DNA from: Dehalococcoidia bacterium
GTDB lineage: Bacteria; Chloroflexota; Dehalococcoidia; UBA2979
Assembly (NCBI GenBank): GCA_041390685.1
Contig: JAWKPL010000001.1
Span: 2,081,581 to 2,145,580 of the forward strand
Length of the DNA stretch: 64,000 nt
Reading direction: 5' to 3'
Part shown: positions 37,142 to 45,352 of the stretch, piece after piece
Numbering within the stretch: the first letter of the stretch is position 1
Layout: the number at the start of each line of letters is the position of its first letter
Program-made: the position numbers and the translations under genes
The notes under the pieces: generated by a model
The model's input: only the letters and a program-made list of their open reading frames with translations
Databases searched by the model: none
Told to the model about the DNA's origin: nothing

Positions 37142-38104
37142 ATGAGGCTGTTTCGACGCAGTCCCCAGGTCGACACCGCAACCGACGAAGCGCTCACGAA
37201 GACGAAACGCTCGTTCTTCGGCCGCATCTCTGGTCTGTTCGCCGGCTCCACCGTCGACGAGGCGCTCTGGGAGTCGCTCGAGGAAATCCTGATCGGCGCC
37301 GATGCCGGCGTCGCGACGACCATGTCGGTCCTCGACCGCGTCCGCGCCACGAATCCCCGTAGCCCCGAGGACGTCCGCGCGCGCCTTCGCGACGAACTGG
37401 TCGCCATCCTCCGTGCCCCGGAGGCGCATCCGAAGGGCCGCCTCTGGCTCGATGACCCAGAGGATGTGGCGCCGCCCGCCGTCGTGCTCATCGTCGGCGT
37501 CAACGGCACGGGCAAGACGACCGCTGTCGCCCGCCTCGCCTACGCGTATCAGCAGCGCGATCAGCGCGTCATCGCCGCCGCAGCGGATACGTTTCGGGCC
37601 GCCGCCATCGACCAGCTCCGCCACTGGGGCGACCGCCTCGACTTCGGCGTCATCAGCCATCAACAGGGCTCCGACCCCGCCGCGGTCGTGTTCGACGCCG
37701 TTGAGGCCGCCCGCGCCCGCGGTGCCGACCTGTTGCTCGTCGATACGGCCGGTAGACTACATAACAAACAGAACCTGATGGACGAGCTGAGCAAGATCCG
37801 CCGCGTCATCGAGCGCCACCTCGGCCGCGGCCCCGACGAGGTCGCTCTCGTCCTCGACGCCACGACCGGCCAGAACGGGCTCTCGCAGGCCCGCGCGTTC
37901 ATCGAGGCCGTCGAGGTCACGGGCGTCATCCTCACCAAGCTCGACGGCACCGCGAAGGGCGGCATCGTATTCGCCATCGCCAGCGAGCTCGGGCTGCCGG
38001 TGCGCTTCATCGGTACTGGCGCCGAGCCGGGTGACCTCGCCCCCTTCGAGGCGGAGCCGTTCGTTGATTCGCTGCTCGCCGCCCCGCAGGCCGCTGAGGC
38101 CTGA
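37142..38104 (+). CDS. ftsY: Signal recognition particle receptor FtsY
   Basis: GVNGTGKTT, DTAGRLH and TKLDGTAKGG form an NG domain with a short N-terminus. Confidence 0.95.
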   Translation: MRLFRRSPQVDTATDEALTKTKRSFFGRISGLFAGSTVDEALWESLEEILIGADAGVATTMSVLDRVRATNPRSPEDVRARLRDELVAILRAPEAHPKGRLWLDDPEDVAPPAVVLIVGVNGTGKTTAVARLAYAYQQRDQRVIAAAADTFRAAAIDQLRHWGDRLDFGVISHQQGSDPAAVVFDAVEAARARGADLLLVDTAGRLHNKQNLMDELSKIRRVIERHLGRGPDEVALVLDATTGQNGLSQARAFIEAVEVTGVILTKLDGTAKGGIVFAIASELGLPVRFIGTGAEPGDLAPFEAEPFVDSLLAAPQAAEA

Positions 38105-38113
38105 CCCCGCGAG

Positions 38114-40384
38114 GTGATGGACCTCTTCGCCTGGTACATCGCCCTCCTGGCGGTGGGCATGGCGAGCCTGCTCCCTGCATCGCTCGTGTTCGAGCGGCTG
38201 CGCTCCGGCGGCATCCTCTACGCGCGCCCCGTCGGCCTCGTGTGGCTCGGCGTGGGCTCCTGGGTCATCTCGGCCGCCACGCCGGTCCCGTACGGTCTGC
38301 CGCTCATCCTCTTCCTCGTGCTGGCGCTGTTCGCCTGGTCCGTCGGCCTCGCCCTCCGTTCGCCCGTCCGCCTCGATGCCCTCGTTTCCAGGACGCGCTT
38401 GTTCCTCATCGGGGAGGCCCTGTTCCTCACCCTCTTTCTCCTCATCGCGCTCGTGCGCGCGCAGGCGCCTGCCGCCTACGCCACGGAGAAGCCGATGGAC
38501 CTCATGCTGCTGACCTCGATCCGGGCATCCGACGCGCTTCCTGCCACCGACGCCTGGTTCGCCGGCGAGCCCCTTTCGTACTACCACCTCGGGCACGTCA
38601 TGGTGGACATCGTCGGCCGCCTCAGCGGCATCGGGCCCGCCGTCGAGTTCAATCTCGGCCTCGCAATGGCCGGCGCCATGGCCGGCGCGGCGGTCTTTGC
38701 GCTCGCAGCGGACGCCTTCGCCCTCACTCACCCGAGGCGGCCCGCTAGCGTGTGGGTCGCCGGCGCACTCGCTGTCGCCGGGCTGCTGTTCGTCTCCACC
38801 GAGGTCGGCTTCATCGACCTCCTCGGCGCGAATGGAGTCGGGCGCGGCCTCTGGCCCCATCTCGGCGTCCCTGGCGTGCCTCCGCCCGAGTCTGTGCGCG
38901 ATGGCGTACCCACCGAGTTCTGGTGGTGGTGGCACGCCACCCGGATCCTCCCGGGAACCATCACGGAGTTCCCGGCGTTCTCGATCGTACTGGGCGACCT
39001 CCACGCACACGTCCTCGCGCTCCCGCTGGCCGTTGTCGCGGTGGCCGTCACGCTCCCCACCTTCGAGGGCATGACGCAGCTCTCCTGGCGCTCGTGGCTT
39101 CGCCGCCCGGGCGCGCTGCTGCTCATCGCCATGCTCTTCGCCGCCCTGGCGATGGCGAATGCGTGGGACACGTTGATCTACGGCCTGCTCTGGGGTTCCG
39201 CCACCACCGTCGCCTTCCTCGGTGCCGGCTGGCGTCCGCTGCCGGCCCTGCTCCTCACCGTGCGGTATCTCGCGCTGCCCACGGGCCTCGCGCTGCTGCT
39301 CGCGTGGCCGTTCCTGAGCGGCCTCGACTCGCCCTCGCTTGGCGTCGGCCTCCTCACCGAGGAGTGGAGCGACCCCACGCGGTTCCTGTTGGTCTGGCTG
39401 CCGCTGGCGATGCCGCTGCTCGTCGCCGCCGTCATGCTGCGTCCTCGCCCCGCCCGCCCCGCTGCCATCGTCGCTCTCGCCGTCGCCACCGCCGCCGTCG
39501 TCGCGTGGATGGTCGCCACGATCGTCGCGGACGAGCCGCGCGCGATCGCCGACCGAGGCGTCGGCTGGTTCGTCCTCATCGGCCTCGGACTCACCCTCGT
39601 GTGGCACGTCGCGGCGGCATGGCACGCCTATCGAGACACCGACCGCGGTCAGGCCGCGTGGCTGGCCTTCGCCGCGTTCGCCTCTGCCGTCCTGCTTGCG
39701 CTGGAACTGCTCTACCTGCAGGACGAGCTCGGAGGTCGCCTGAACGGCATCTTCAAGTTCTGGTACGCGGTGTGGCTCATCCTCGCTGTCGCCGCTGCCG
39801 TCGCCCTCGCGGCGGTCTACGACCGCCTTCCGAACCTGGAGCCGAGGTGGTTGTCGACGCCGCTCGCCGTCCTCCTCGTCGTCTTCACCGCTGGCACGTT
39901 GCTCTACGGCCCCGCCGCCGCCGTCGCCCGCTCCCGAGAAGGCCAGGTCCGAGGCCTCGACAGCCTCCGTTACCTGGCCGCCGACCCGAATTTCGCCGCC
40001 GCCCTGAACTGGGTCCACGCGAACCTTGACAACGACGATGTGCTCCTCGAGGCCGTCGGCGCCGACTACCAGGGCGGCAACATGGTCTCCGCCGCCACCG
40101 GCGTCCCGACGCTGCTCGGCTGGCCCGGGCACGAGATTCAATGGCGTGGGAAGATACCTGCCATCACTGAACGTCAGGACGCCGTTTCGCGCGTGTACCA
40201 GGAAGGCGCCTCCGAGGATGTGCGTGCCCTTGCGAGGCGCTACGGCGTGACGCACGTGTTCATTGGCAACGAGGAGCGCGCCCAGTTCGGGGCGGACGTC
40301 GCTGAGCGTTTCGCCGGGTGGCCCGTCGCCTTCGACGTGCCCGGCGTCCGCATCGTGGCCGTCCCCCCCGGGGCCGCGCCGTGA
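38114..40384 (+). CDS. DUF2298 / Chlor_Arch_YYY-family polytopic membrane protein
   Basis: 756 aa and strongly hydrophobic. EKPMDLMLLTS and GEPLSYYHLGH (a variant of the family's YYYxG motif). It starts 9 nt after ftsY. Confidence 0.75.
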   Translation: MMDLFAWYIALLAVGMASLLPASLVFERLRSGGILYARPVGLVWLGVGSWVISAATPVPYGLPLILFLVLALFAWSVGLALRSPVRLDALVSRTRLFLIGEALFLTLFLLIALVRAQAPAAYATEKPMDLMLLTSIRASDALPATDAWFAGEPLSYYHLGHVMVDIVGRLSGIGPAVEFNLGLAMAGAMAGAAVFALAADAFALTHPRRPASVWVAGALAVAGLLFVSTEVGFIDLLGANGVGRGLWPHLGVPGVPPPESVRDGVPTEFWWWWHATRILPGTITEFPAFSIVLGDLHAHVLALPLAVVAVAVTLPTFEGMTQLSWRSWLRRPGALLLIAMLFAALAMANAWDTLIYGLLWGSATTVAFLGAGWRPLPALLLTVRYLALPTGLALLLAWPFLSGLDSPSLGVGLLTEEWSDPTRFLLVWLPLAMPLLVAAVMLRPRPARPAAIVALAVATAAVVAWMVATIVADEPRAIADRGVGWFVLIGLGLTLVWHVAAAWHAYRDTDRGQAAWLAFAAFASAVLLALELLYLQDELGGRLNGIFKFWYAVWLILAVAAAVALAAVYDRLPNLEPRWLSTPLAVLLVVFTAGTLLYGPAAAVARSREGQVRGLDSLRYLAADPNFAAALNWVHANLDNDDVLLEAVGADYQGGNMVSAATGVPTLLGWPGHEIQWRGKIPAITERQDAVSRVYQEGASEDVRALARRYGVTHVFIGNEERAQFGADVAERFAGWPVAFDVPGVRIVAVPPGAAP

Positions 40385-42345
40385 GCGTCCAACGCCTCCG
40401 CGCGCCCCGCTTCGACGCCGTCACATGGGCCGTCCTCGGGCTTGTGGTCGTCGCGCTGGTCCTGCGCCTGTACGACCTCGGGGTCCGCGCCCTCCACCAC
40501 GACGAGTCGCTCCACGCCACCTATTCCTGGTACTTCTCGATCGGTCGCCAGGTCGGGAACTGCGCCGCGGCCTACTGCCACGACCCGCTCATGCACGGCC
40601 CGTTCCAGTTCCACTTCATGGCCGCGATGTTCAAGCTGTTCGGGGACGGCGACTTCATGGCGCGCGTGCCCGCCGCGTTGACCGGCACCGCCCTCGTCGC
40701 GACGCCGCTGCTCCTGCGCCGCTGGCTCGGCCCGGTCGGCACCGTCGCCGCCGCGCTCTTCCTCACCCTGTCCCCGACGCTGCTGTACTACTCCCGCTTC
40801 GCGCGCGAGGACATCTACATCTGGCTCTGGACAGTCCTGCTCTTCGTCTCTGTGTGGCGCTACCTCGATGACGGTCGCGACCGCTGGCTGGGCATCGCCG
40901 CCGCTGCCCTCGCCCTCTCCTTCGCGACCAAGGAGTCCGTCTACCTCTCGATCGCGATCCTGCTTCTGTACCTCGATGTCCGCCTGACCATCGACTTCCT
41001 GGACCAACGAGGCACGAGCGGCCGGGATCGCTGGCTCGAGGGCCTCTTCCTCGCCCCGGTCGCGTGGCTCGTCGCCGCGTTCTGGCAGCCCCTCGAGTCA
41101 TGGCGGGCCTCCCGCGGCTTCAGTGCCCTTCCGCGGGCAGCGGACATGCTGATCGTGATCGGGGTCCTCTCCCTCCCGCAACTCTCGGCGGCGGTCCAGA
41201 TCCCGCTGCACCTGTTCGGGGTGGACGTCACTGGCGACACCGAGCGTCAGGTCGGCATCATCACGGTGTGCGCGCTCCTCGGCGGCGCGACCATCGTCGG
41301 CCTCATCTGGGACTGGCAGCGCTGGGTGCTCGTGGCCGCGATCTTCTACGGGATCACGATCCCGCTCTTCACCACCGAGTTCCTCAACACGAGGAACGGC
41401 CTCGCGTCCGATTTCTGGGGCGCCCTCGACTACTGGATGGCCCAGCAGGAGGTCCAGCGAGGCACCCAGCCCTGGTTCTACTACCTCATGATGGTCCCCC
41501 TCTATGAGTTCCTCACGCTGATTCCTGCCGTCATCGGCGGTGTCTGGCTGATCGCGAGACGGCACGATGCCCTCGCTGTGCTGCTTGCCTGGTGGTTCCT
41601 GGGCAGCCTGCTCGCCTTCAGCTACGCGGGCGAGAAGATGCCGTGGCTCACCAGCCACATGGCCGTCCCGCTGGCGTTCATGGCCGCCTACGTCCTCGGA
41701 CGCTTCCTGCCCTACGCGCTCGAGCGGCTCCGCGATCTCAACCGGTCGTCGTCCGCTACCTGGGCCGTCGCTGCCGTCGCCGGGTTCGCGTTCGTCCTCG
41801 CCTTCGGTCTCTCGGTCCGCAACGCGCACGCCGTCTCGTTCCTCCACCCCGATACCCCGGTCGAGCCGCTCATCTACACGCAGACCAGCCGCGACATCCC
41901 CAACCTCTCTCGCGACATCCACGACCTGGCCGAGGTGGCGCCACCCGGCGCGCTCTCGATCTTCGTCGACAGCAGCGAGGGCGCCACATGGCCGTGGGCC
42001 TGGTACCTCCGAGACCTCGATGTCGCCTACGCCGACCCCGCCTACATCCAGCAGTACGCCACACCGAAGACGGTCATCGTCGCGATGCAGGGCACCATCT
42101 CGTCGATCCCGGAGCTACGCGAGCAGGCCGGTGAGGTGCGACCCTACCATCACCGCTGGGCGTTTCCGGAGGACGGGTACCGGGGCACCACCTGGTCGAA
42201 TCTGCTCACGCGCCTGTCGAACGGCCGCCTCGTCGAGCAGTGGTACGAGTTCATGCTTCATCGCATTCCGGAGCAGTGGGTGCTCGGGTGGTCCCTTGAC
42301 GGGGTCGCCCTCATTCCCTCCCTCGATACCCTGAGCGAAGACTGA
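40381..42345 (+). CDS. TIGR03663-family membrane protein (GT-C / PMT-like N-terminus)
   Basis: Trimmed to the GTG that overlaps the upstream stop (GTGA). The family-invariant DE (HHDESLH) and HGP (LMHGPF) motifs are present. Confidence 0.75.
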   Translation: MSVQRLRAPRFDAVTWAVLGLVVVALVLRLYDLGVRALHHDESLHATYSWYFSIGRQVGNCAAAYCHDPLMHGPFQFHFMAAMFKLFGDGDFMARVPAALTGTALVATPLLLRRWLGPVGTVAAALFLTLSPTLLYYSRFAREDIYIWLWTVLLFVSVWRYLDDGRDRWLGIAAAALALSFATKESVYLSIAILLLYLDVRLTIDFLDQRGTSGRDRWLEGLFLAPVAWLVAAFWQPLESWRASRGFSALPRAADMLIVIGVLSLPQLSAAVQIPLHLFGVDVTGDTERQVGIITVCALLGGATIVGLIWDWQRWVLVAAIFYGITIPLFTTEFLNTRNGLASDFWGALDYWMAQQEVQRGTQPWFYYLMMVPLYEFLTLIPAVIGGVWLIARRHDALAVLLAWWFLGSLLAFSYAGEKMPWLTSHMAVPLAFMAAYVLGRFLPYALERLRDLNRSSSATWAVAAVAGFAFVLAFGLSVRNAHAVSFLHPDTPVEPLIYTQTSRDIPNLSRDIHDLAEVAPPGALSIFVDSSEGATWPWAWYLRDLDVAYADPAYIQQYATPKTVIVAMQGTISSIPELREQAGEVRPYHHRWAFPEDGYRGTTWSNLLTRLSNGRLVEQWYEFMLHRIPEQWVLGWSLDGVALIPSLDTLSED

Positions 42346-42391
42346 CCGGCCGCTGCTGGCCTCCAACGAACACAGCGAGGATCATGTCCTG

Positions 42392-43408
42392 ATGGGCCTG
42401 GCGATGTTGCGCAACCGGCGCGTGTGGATCGGCCTGCTGGTCAGCGTCGTGTTCCTCGCCCTCCTCCTCCGTTCCGTGGACGGACACGAACTGACCGCCG
42501 CCCTCGAGGAGATCGAGCCCGGCTGGCTGGTCCTCGCGTTCGCCGTCGAGCTCGCCGCGCTCTGGTTCCGCGCCCTGCGCTGGCGCTTCATCCTGGATTC
42601 GCACGTCCGCATCAAGACCCGCGACGCCTTCTCCGTCGTCATCATCGGCTACGCGGCGAACAATCTCCTCCCGGTCCGCGCAGGCGAGCTCGTGCGCGCG
42701 CAGCTACTCCATGACAGCCACGGCGCGAGCCGCCTTGGGACGCTCGGCACCATCGTCGTTGAGCGCATCTTCGACGGCCTCGTGCTCGCGCTGTTCCTCG
42801 CCGCCACCATTGCGCTCGCTGGCGGCAGCGACTTCCTCCGCATCGTCGCCGCCCTCATGACGGCGGCGTTCGTCGTCGGCACCGTCGTCCTCGCGCTGCT
42901 CGCGCTTCAGCCACGGGGCTCCGACATCTGGACGATCCGCCTTCTGCGCCTGGCCCCCACGCGCATCCGTCCTCGCGCCCGCATCTGGCTCGGCAGCTTC
43001 CTCGCCGGCCTGAGCGGTCTCCGAGGTCAGCGCGCGTGGGTCCTCGTGCTGGGGACGACGGGCGTCTCCTGGGGCCTCGAGGCCGTCTGCTACTGGCTCG
43101 TCGGTGTCGGCTTCGGCCTCGACCTCGACTTCCCCCTCTACCTCGCGGTCACCGGCGCTGCGAACCTCGCCATCGCCGCGCCGAGCACCGCCGGCGGCGT
43201 CGGCCCGTTCGAGTTCTTCGCGCAGAAGGCGCTTACCGCCTTCGGCGTCGGCGCGGCTGCCGCCACCGTGTACGCGCTCGTCCTACACGCGCTGCTACTG
43301 ATCCCGGTGGTGCTTCTGGGCATCGTGCTCCTGTGGCGGCGGCACCTCGGATTCGGCGAAATGCTTCGGGCCGGACAGGGCGCGCCCGCGGAAGGGGTGG
43401 CTGACTAG
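42392..43408 (+). CDS. UPF0104 / lysyl-PG-synthase-TM-like (flippase-like) membrane protein
   Basis: LRWRFIL...GYAANNLLPVRAGELVR in an 8-TM-like profile. Confidence 0.75.
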   Translation: MGLAMLRNRRVWIGLLVSVVFLALLLRSVDGHELTAALEEIEPGWLVLAFAVELAALWFRALRWRFILDSHVRIKTRDAFSVVIIGYAANNLLPVRAGELVRAQLLHDSHGASRLGTLGTIVVERIFDGLVLALFLAATIALAGGSDFLRIVAALMTAAFVVGTVVLALLALQPRGSDIWTIRLLRLAPTRIRPRARIWLGSFLAGLSGLRGQRAWVLVLGTTGVSWGLEAVCYWLVGVGFGLDLDFPLYLAVTGAANLAIAAPSTAGGVGPFEFFAQKALTAFGVGAAAATVYALVLHALLLIPVVLLGIVLLWRRHLGFGEMLRAGQGAPAEGVAD

Positions 43409-44778
43409 TGAAGGTCGTGATCATCGGCGGCGGCGTCGGCGGCCTCGGCGCGGGGCTCGACCTCGTCCGCGCCGGCCACGAGGTCCGCATCTACGAGGCC
43501 AGCGATGTGCTCGGCGGCCAGGTACGCACCTTCGAGGTCGGCGGCGGCCGCCTCGAGATCTTCTACCACCACATCTTCCACTCGGACACGCTCGTCACCG
43601 AGACCGTGCACGACCTCGGCCTCGGCGACGACCTCGAGTGGATCGAGTCGAAAGTCGGCTTCCTCGCGGACGGTCGTATCTACCCCTTCGTCGGCGCCCT
43701 CGACCTCCTCCGCTTCAAGCCGGTCTCGCTACTCACCCGCTTCCGTCTGGGCCTCGCCGCGCTCTATCTGCGCCGCCAGTCCGACTGGAAGCGCTACGAG
43801 GGCAAGCGTGCTCGCCCCTGGATCGAGCGCTACGTTGGCCGCGAAGGCTACAACCGCGTCTGGGGCCCCCTCCTGCGCGCCAAGTTCGGCGCCCATGCGG
43901 ATGACATCGCCATGACCTGGTTCTGGGGGAAGATCTACCTGCGCTTCGCCTCGCGCCCCGGCGGCCTCTTCGCCCGCGAGAAGCTCGGCTACCTGCGCGG
44001 CTCCTTCGGCCGCCTCGTAGACCGCATGGGCGAGGCCGTCCAGGAGCGCGGCGGTATCGTGGAGACGAACTGCCGCGTCCACGAGGTCTTGTCTGAGGAT
44101 GACCGCGTCACCGGCGTCCGCCTCGGCGGCCCGGACGGTGAGGTGATCCCCGCCGACGTGGTGATCGCCACCACGCCATCGCAGGTCTTCCAGCGCGCCG
44201 TCCCCAACCTCGACGCGGAGTACGCTCGCCGCCTCGACAGCATCGAGTACCAGTGGGCCACTGTGTTCGTGCTCGCCCTCGACCGTCCGCTGTCGTCGAC
44301 CTACTGGCTGACGATCACTGACCCCGACTGCCCGTTCGTCGTGGCGGTCGAGCAGACGAACTTCCGCTCGCCCGCTGAGTATGGCGGCCAGCACATCGTC
44401 TACTTCTCGAACTACACCGACCCCGGCGATCCCATCGTCGACGAAGACGAAGAGCAGGTCCTCGACCGCTACGAGGCCTACATCCAACGCATCAATCCGG
44501 CGTTCGACCGATCCTGGATTCGCGGCAAGTGGCTCTTCAAGGACCGCGCCGGCCAGCCGATCGTCCACTACCGCTACCACGAGGTGATCCCGCCCCTCCG
44601 CACCCCGATCGAGGGCCTCTACCTGGCCAACACCACCCAGATCTACCCCGAGGATCGAGGCCAGAACTACTCGATCCGCATCGGCAAGCAGGTCGCCAGG
44701 CTCGCCATGGAGGATTACGGCGCGCGTCTCGGCGCCGCGCACGCGCACACGGAGGGGACGGCGTCAGGCGCGCCTTGA
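43408..44778 (+). CDS. FAD/NAD(P)-dependent oxidoreductase (phytoene-desaturase / amine-oxidase-like)
   Basis: MKVVIIGGGVGGLGAGLDLVRAGHEVRIYEASDVLGG is the dinucleotide-binding motif. The GTG shares 1 nt with the upstream TAG. Confidence 0.8.
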   Translation: MKVVIIGGGVGGLGAGLDLVRAGHEVRIYEASDVLGGQVRTFEVGGGRLEIFYHHIFHSDTLVTETVHDLGLGDDLEWIESKVGFLADGRIYPFVGALDLLRFKPVSLLTRFRLGLAALYLRRQSDWKRYEGKRARPWIERYVGREGYNRVWGPLLRAKFGAHADDIAMTWFWGKIYLRFASRPGGLFAREKLGYLRGSFGRLVDRMGEAVQERGGIVETNCRVHEVLSEDDRVTGVRLGGPDGEVIPADVVIATTPSQVFQRAVPNLDAEYARRLDSIEYQWATVFVLALDRPLSSTYWLTITDPDCPFVVAVEQTNFRSPAEYGGQHIVYFSNYTDPGDPIVDEDEEQVLDRYEAYIQRINPAFDRSWIRGKWLFKDRAGQPIVHYRYHEVIPPLRTPIEGLYLANTTQIYPEDRGQNYSIRIGKQVARLAMEDYGARLGAAHAHTEGTASGAP

Positions 44779-44803
44779 ACGCCCCCCCGTGCGCTCCTAA
44801 TAT
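44775..44803 (+). promoter_or_regulatory. Near-consensus sigma-70 promoter upstream of the nuoE-like gene
   Basis: TTGAAC (44775-44780), a 17-nt spacer, then TAATAT (44798-44803). A GTGCGGC-CCGC-GCCGCAC hairpin (44814-44831) falls in the predicted 5' UTR. Confidence 0.55.
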
Positions 44804-44860
44804 GACTTCGACCGTGCGGCCCGCGCCGCACCTCCTCCCGGCTGCACGATCGGATGCGCG

Positions 44861-45352
44861 ATGCCGCTAGAGACCGAAGCGACTGCCGAGATTCGCGCGC
44901 TCGTCGCCGACCTCCGGCCCGACCACGCGGATATGCTCGAGGCCCTCCATCGCGTCCAGCATCGCTACGGCTACGTCTCCCAGGAGGCGATGTACGTCAT
45001 CGCCGAGCAACTGAAGGTGACCCCGGCGCACGTCTACGGCGTCACCACGTACTACAGCGACTTCCGCACGACCCCTGCCCCCGAGGTCACCGTTGCCTGG
45101 TGCAGCGGCCCCGCCTGCCGCCTCAAGAACGGTGCGGGCATCCGCGACGCCATGCAGGCCGTCCTCGGCATCGAGCTCGGCGAGGACACCGCGGACGGTC
45201 GTGTCGGTCTCGTGGCCGGCCAGTGCAACGGCAGCTGTGAGCAGGCGCCCCAGGTTTGGGTGGGCGAGCGTGTGGTCGGCCGTCTGACTGCCGCCCGCGC
45301 CGTCACCCTCGCCCGCGCCCTGCGCGATGGAGCGGACCCCGCCAGTGTCTGA
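44861..45352 (+). CDS. nuoE: NuoE/HoxE-like [2Fe-2S] thioredoxin-fold subunit
   Basis: CSGPACRLKNG...GQCNGSCEQAP is the C-x4-C...C-x3-C cluster motif. Confidence 0.85.
   Translation: MPLETEATAEIRALVADLRPDHADMLEALHRVQHRYGYVSQEAMYVIAEQLKVTPAHVYGVTTYYSDFRTTPAPEVTVAWCSGPACRLKNGAGIRDAMQAVLGIELGEDTADGRVGLVAGQCNGSCEQAPQVWVGERVVGRLTAARAVTLARALRDGADPASV

Noticed and set aside
37757-40255. 832-aa minus-strand ORF.
   Set aside because: It is antisense to ftsY and the DUF2298 membrane gene. It is highly charged (Arg/Gly/Glu/Asp) and low in complexity, while the plus-strand products have clear family motifs.
44814-44831. GTGCGGC-CCGC-GCCGCAC hairpin considered as the terminator of the FAD oxidoreductase gene.
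   Set aside because: It lies downstream of the TTGAAC-17-TAATAT promoter and so inside the predicted nuoE-like 5' UTR. It also lacks a U tract. It is noted under the promoter feature instead.
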